DNA from: a virus
Taxonomy: Duplodnaviria; Heunggongvirae; Uroviricota; Caudoviricetes
Length of the DNA stretch: 5,098 nt
Strand: one strand, 5' to 3'
IMG/VR virus record: IMGVR_UViG_3300029074_000008
Location: 1 to 5,098 of that record
Within the stretch, counting starts at the first letter, position 1; each line of letters begins with the position of its first letter. Below, piece after piece: positions 5,050 through 5,098 of this stretch. Position numbers and translations under genes: made by a program. Below the pieces are notes generated by a model that was not told where the DNA came from, made no database searches, and saw only the letters and a program-made list of their open reading frames with translations.

Positions 5050-5098
5050 CCAATTGAGTGATAACAACTTTCTCATAACTTACTTCCACCGTACCGTT

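Noticed and set aside
1-5098. Chi sites, CRISPR repeats, tandem direct repeats, tRNA/rRNA genes, IS terminal inverted repeats
   Set aside because: Eye-scan found no GCTGGTGG or its complement, no regularly spaced direct repeats, no tRNA-like cloverleaf candidates and no recognisable IS ends (including the last 70 nt after the phosphatase breakpoint). A by-eye scan can miss degenerate elements, so this is absence of evidence only.

Overview
This window reads as part of the early (recombination/accessory) operon of a lambdoid-type enterobacterial prophage, with every supported gene on the + strand. Order: the 3' end of an upstream gene, a strong intrinsic terminator, a sigma70-type promoter flanked by two copies of a palindromic operator-like motif, then a tightly packed, partly translationally coupled gene string. 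That string is a 49-aa small ORF, a 344-aa protein with a long ER/K-rich charged helix, a 99-aa acidic protein, a stand-alone RecE-type PD-(D/E)XK exonuclease, a RecT/Red-beta-family annealing protein, an AlpA/Xis-like winged-helix protein, a 27-aa hydrophobic mini-ORF, a 99-aa small protein, an MT-A70-family N6-adenine DNA methyltransferase, and a truncated lambda-type Ser/Thr phosphatase. I found no rRNA, tRNA, CRISPR array or recognisable IS element. I could not confidently identify a complete novel multi-gene system; the findings are candidates, not established functions. All protein-family calls rest on motifs I recognise by eye from the translations (no searches were run), and all coordinates were counted by hand.
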